This document shows positions 62,401 to 64,000 of a DNA stretch of 64,000 nucleotides, in pieces. The notes beneath the pieces are model-generated. The model was not told where the DNA came from. It saw only the letters and a program-made list of their open reading frames with translations, and searched no databases. The translations under genes were made by a program, and so were the position numbers. This stretch comes from Monocercomonoides exilis PA203 (Eukaryota; Protista; Preaxostyla), in assembly GCA_001643675.2 (NCBI GenBank), contig LSRY02000045.1, positions 682,001-746,000 of the forward strand. The letters are read 5' to 3'. Every line of letters starts with the position of its first letter. Within the stretch, counting starts at the first letter, position 1.

Positions 62401-64000
62401 GAGCAGCACATGTGGGGAAAGCGGTGAATGGGAATGGAGGATATGACTGGTGGTTTTGTGGGTTTGGTTATTTTCCATGCAAAACGATCGCGTTTGCTTC
62501 ACAGAACAGATTCAGTTCGTTAAAGAAGAATATTGCGTTGGATTCAGGGTTTGAGCTGGGAGAAGTTGTGTCGATGGCAGGGTCATATGAATGGGAGGTG
62601 TATTGTGGGATTAACAAGACGAATGTGAATGTGAGAGTGCCGAGTGGAATGACATCTTCGTGTTTGATAAATGTTGAGAGTGCAAGCTCCATTAAGAACA
62701 TTGGGTTCCAAATTCCATTTTCGTTATCGAGTGCAACATCACTCATTGGTTTGACCAGCTCATCACTCACACTCACAGACTGCTCAGTTGCTCATTCATC
62801 AGAGAGCACATCGAGTGTAGCCTTTGGATACAGCATTGTGAATGCGCAGAGTGGGAGTCTGAAAATGGAACGATTTGTGATTGGTGGAGAACTTGTGTTT
62901 GGAGCTCATTCAGCGATTGAATTTTCTGAAGGAATGGCGAGTGTGATTTGTTCAGGATGCAATGTCAGTGGAGTCAAAAGGAATGAGGGAGATGGAGGAT
63001 GGATGAAGGGGACAGTTGGAGGGAGTGGAACGTTGACAATTGATGGATGCAATGTGAATGGGTGCAGTTGTGTTGGTGGAAAAGGAGGAGGAATATATGT
63101 TGGATTGAAGGGAAATGGGAAAGCGGTTGTGAATGGGACGAGTGTGATTGATGGGAATAAGGCAGAGAATAATGGAGGGAGAGGAGGGAGAGGAGGAGGG
63201 ATGTTTGTATTGATGGAGAGTGGAGGATGTGGATTGACAATTGGGCAGAATGTTGAGTTTTCGAAAGTGAATGGGAATGTGGCCTCATATGGGAAGGATG
63301 TGTTTGTTGATTGTGGGAGTGGAGTGTTTTTGGAGTCAAAAGTGAATACCAGTTCATTTGCATTTTTTGACACAAACACCATTCCATCAGATGTATTGAA
63401 ACTGAGTGGGAGTGAAAATGGGAAAGAAAGTGGAGTGATTCCACTGCTTGTGTATTTGTGCACAATGGGAACAAAAGGGATTGTTGATGGGAGTGGAGGA
63501 AATGGGAAGGACCACAACCATTGTGGATTTGAGGCATTCAGGTGTTTGACAGTTGATTATTGTGCGAACTCAAGATTGAGTGAAAGTTCAAAAGAAATAG
63601 AAGTTGTTTCATCTTCGTCAATAACCAAGGAAATCACAGTACCATCATTTGGTGTGATAATTTCAGGCAGAATAACATCATCATCAGAAGGAGAGAGGAT
63701 GGGAGTGAATGTGAGTGATGGAGGATCAGACACACAAGATTGGCTTGTTGGATGTTCGAGTTCACTGACAATGAGGAGACTTTCATTTGTTGTGAAAGGT
63801 CAGTTGAATCCAAGGAGAAGTGCATTCATTCATTCAACATCATCAACACTCAGTGTGACGAATTGTTCAGTCTCATTTGAGAGTGGGGCATTGACTGATG
63901 GAAAGATAGGATACAGCATCATTGACATGACAGGAGGGAATCTGATTGTTGATGGATTTGTGATGGAAAGTGGAGTGACACTGACAATGAATGGGAAATC
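59496..64000 (+). CDS. giant beta-helix-like surface receptor, paralog of 18916-25982, open to the window edge (~1500 codons, 3'-partial)
   Basis: ATG at 59496 (MVMLLSGILYCVWIICVGCVCKG). The ORF track lists no stop-terminated ORF in this frame and the parts translated by hand are open. Same GGG/FxxC and CG-x-PC motifs as copy 1. Confidence 0.9.
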   Translation, partial: MVMLLSGILYCVWIICVGCVCKGAASDGAGFVEESAKEGELDYSEGTWSEKAQNNKIGDDILFDTHVEGKEGGVRETLKEERMIKKFTKQRNGGSGEIGKVEKWGFCDEWKMWGKVGVCGGSGVEGSVVGINSSLKLNSLGLRERGGESVLRASDGSFVEVSGCVIGVERETPPFDLCGSCGLFTNISLRSSSTSSSTSTEQIFPPLFSSKAVDGEISEKCHVCVYSSHFSSFCVSSAPFFTSHFVSLSYLTFFNISTNPQKTRQLGEGLGQRVFLMIGCTFSSVWDVYDGFIVPSLNSPLSSLAASNTSFVGCYRSQNVAVSGSEGNPSKPGRQKITENMENSFSWCEWNGSKTTGTSISVSDGISSGGAICMHYKASGTLSVKFCSFNDCTAYAYGGGIMCDSINSVKIENNSFNACTAKHYYGGGIFAESISSCVRISGCEFQKCKASGSGGGLYLYNFNVSGSDCIETESGKGESACVFECFFTSCSLTNQYGGGMYCYGVPAAFKMRSIQFISCNATSYGGGLYFNPNRSIPPSNNIYFYFFFFNDCSCNASTPYGYDVYFYDGNNLFSSNNPFYKSYTTNTNEKRVCRYYKSGSWYYQHTEKKDWLNDGKLLFVGENGNDSNELCGMNETKPCQTIGHCMNKCNDVVSFGISVLGGKHVSEGTTISVGEKKISVVGRGKAVSVIGTSALSSPATTLFSISTGQLEVGHVGIDHNATRSPSPSVFVVSLGSGTLLLEDVVLNSSTSGGSVISASVFEVALKQLKTIDVEIENIKMSQPLFAEPSSAGSSSGESVLANVTIRNVNRIGGDGVVLAKSVRGGETFVVWNTTMEGFECVNGNGGGIKVELEAPSSKTRIGTSTSHSGGTTKFNKTKCSGYGGGVMLWLADNSFDFAISSVSFVGCSATSGGKDVFVNGSRLVSGTITTTKLNFSQNVSIYDELMGYDRNEGEMGIFTLNVFLDAFSGAAHVGKAVNGNGGYDWWFCGFGYFPCKTIAFASQNRFSSLKKNIALDSGFELGEVVSMAGSYEWEVYCGINKTNVNVRVPSGMTSSCLINVESASSIKNIGFQIPFSLSSATSLIGLTSSSLTLTDCSVAHSSESTSSVAFGYSIVNAQSGSLKMERFVIGGELVFGAHSAIEFSEGMASVICSGCNVSGVKRNEGDGGWMKGTVGGSGTLTIDGCNVNGCSCVGGKGGGIYVGLKGNGKAVVNGTSVIDGNKAENNGGRGGRGGGMFVLMESGGCGLTIGQNVEFSKVNGNVASYGKDVFVDCGSGVFLESKVNTSSFAFFDTNTIPSDVLKLSGSENGKESGVIPLLVYLCTMGTKGIVDGSGGNGKDHNHCGFEAFRCLTVDYCANSRLSESSKEIEVVSSSSITKEITVPSFGVIISGRITSSSEGERMGVNVSDGGSDTQDWLVGCSSSLTMRRLSFVVKGQLNPRRSAFIHSTSSTLSVTNCSVSFESGALTDGKIGYSIIDMTGGNLIVDGFVMESGVTLTMNGK

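Overview
Eukaryotic, AT-rich DNA with short GT-AG introns. The gene families and base composition suggest a metamonad/oxymonad such as Monocercomonoides (inference, not verified). Two housekeeping islands are present: CIA2/MIP18 head-to-head with a calcineurin-like metallophosphoesterase (14.2-16.0 kb), and a tandem double-tetraspanin-like gene head-to-head with exosome RRP46, followed by a large CFAP61 gene (40.1-52.6 kb). The rest is accessory DNA. It holds a family of giant Cys/Gly-rich beta-helix-like surface receptors ending in a kinase-like C-terminal domain: one full-length copy broken by 2 stops and 1 frameshift (18.9-26.0 kb), one open copy running off the right edge (59.5-64 kb), and three partial cassettes. 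Also present are an apparently intact DD35D pogo-like transposon with TIRs and TA TSD (37399-39406), a degenerate ~8.1 kb hAT-like element with TIRs and an 8-bp TSD carrying ~6 kb of host-like sequence (29209-37327), further transposase relics, three long near-perfect inverted repeats, a tRNA-like relic and microsatellites. The best candidate for an undescribed system is a variable receptor repertoire: hypervariable beta-helix loops, cassette swaps with sharp breakpoints, a conserved 1.2-kb upstream module and truncated variable-region cassettes.
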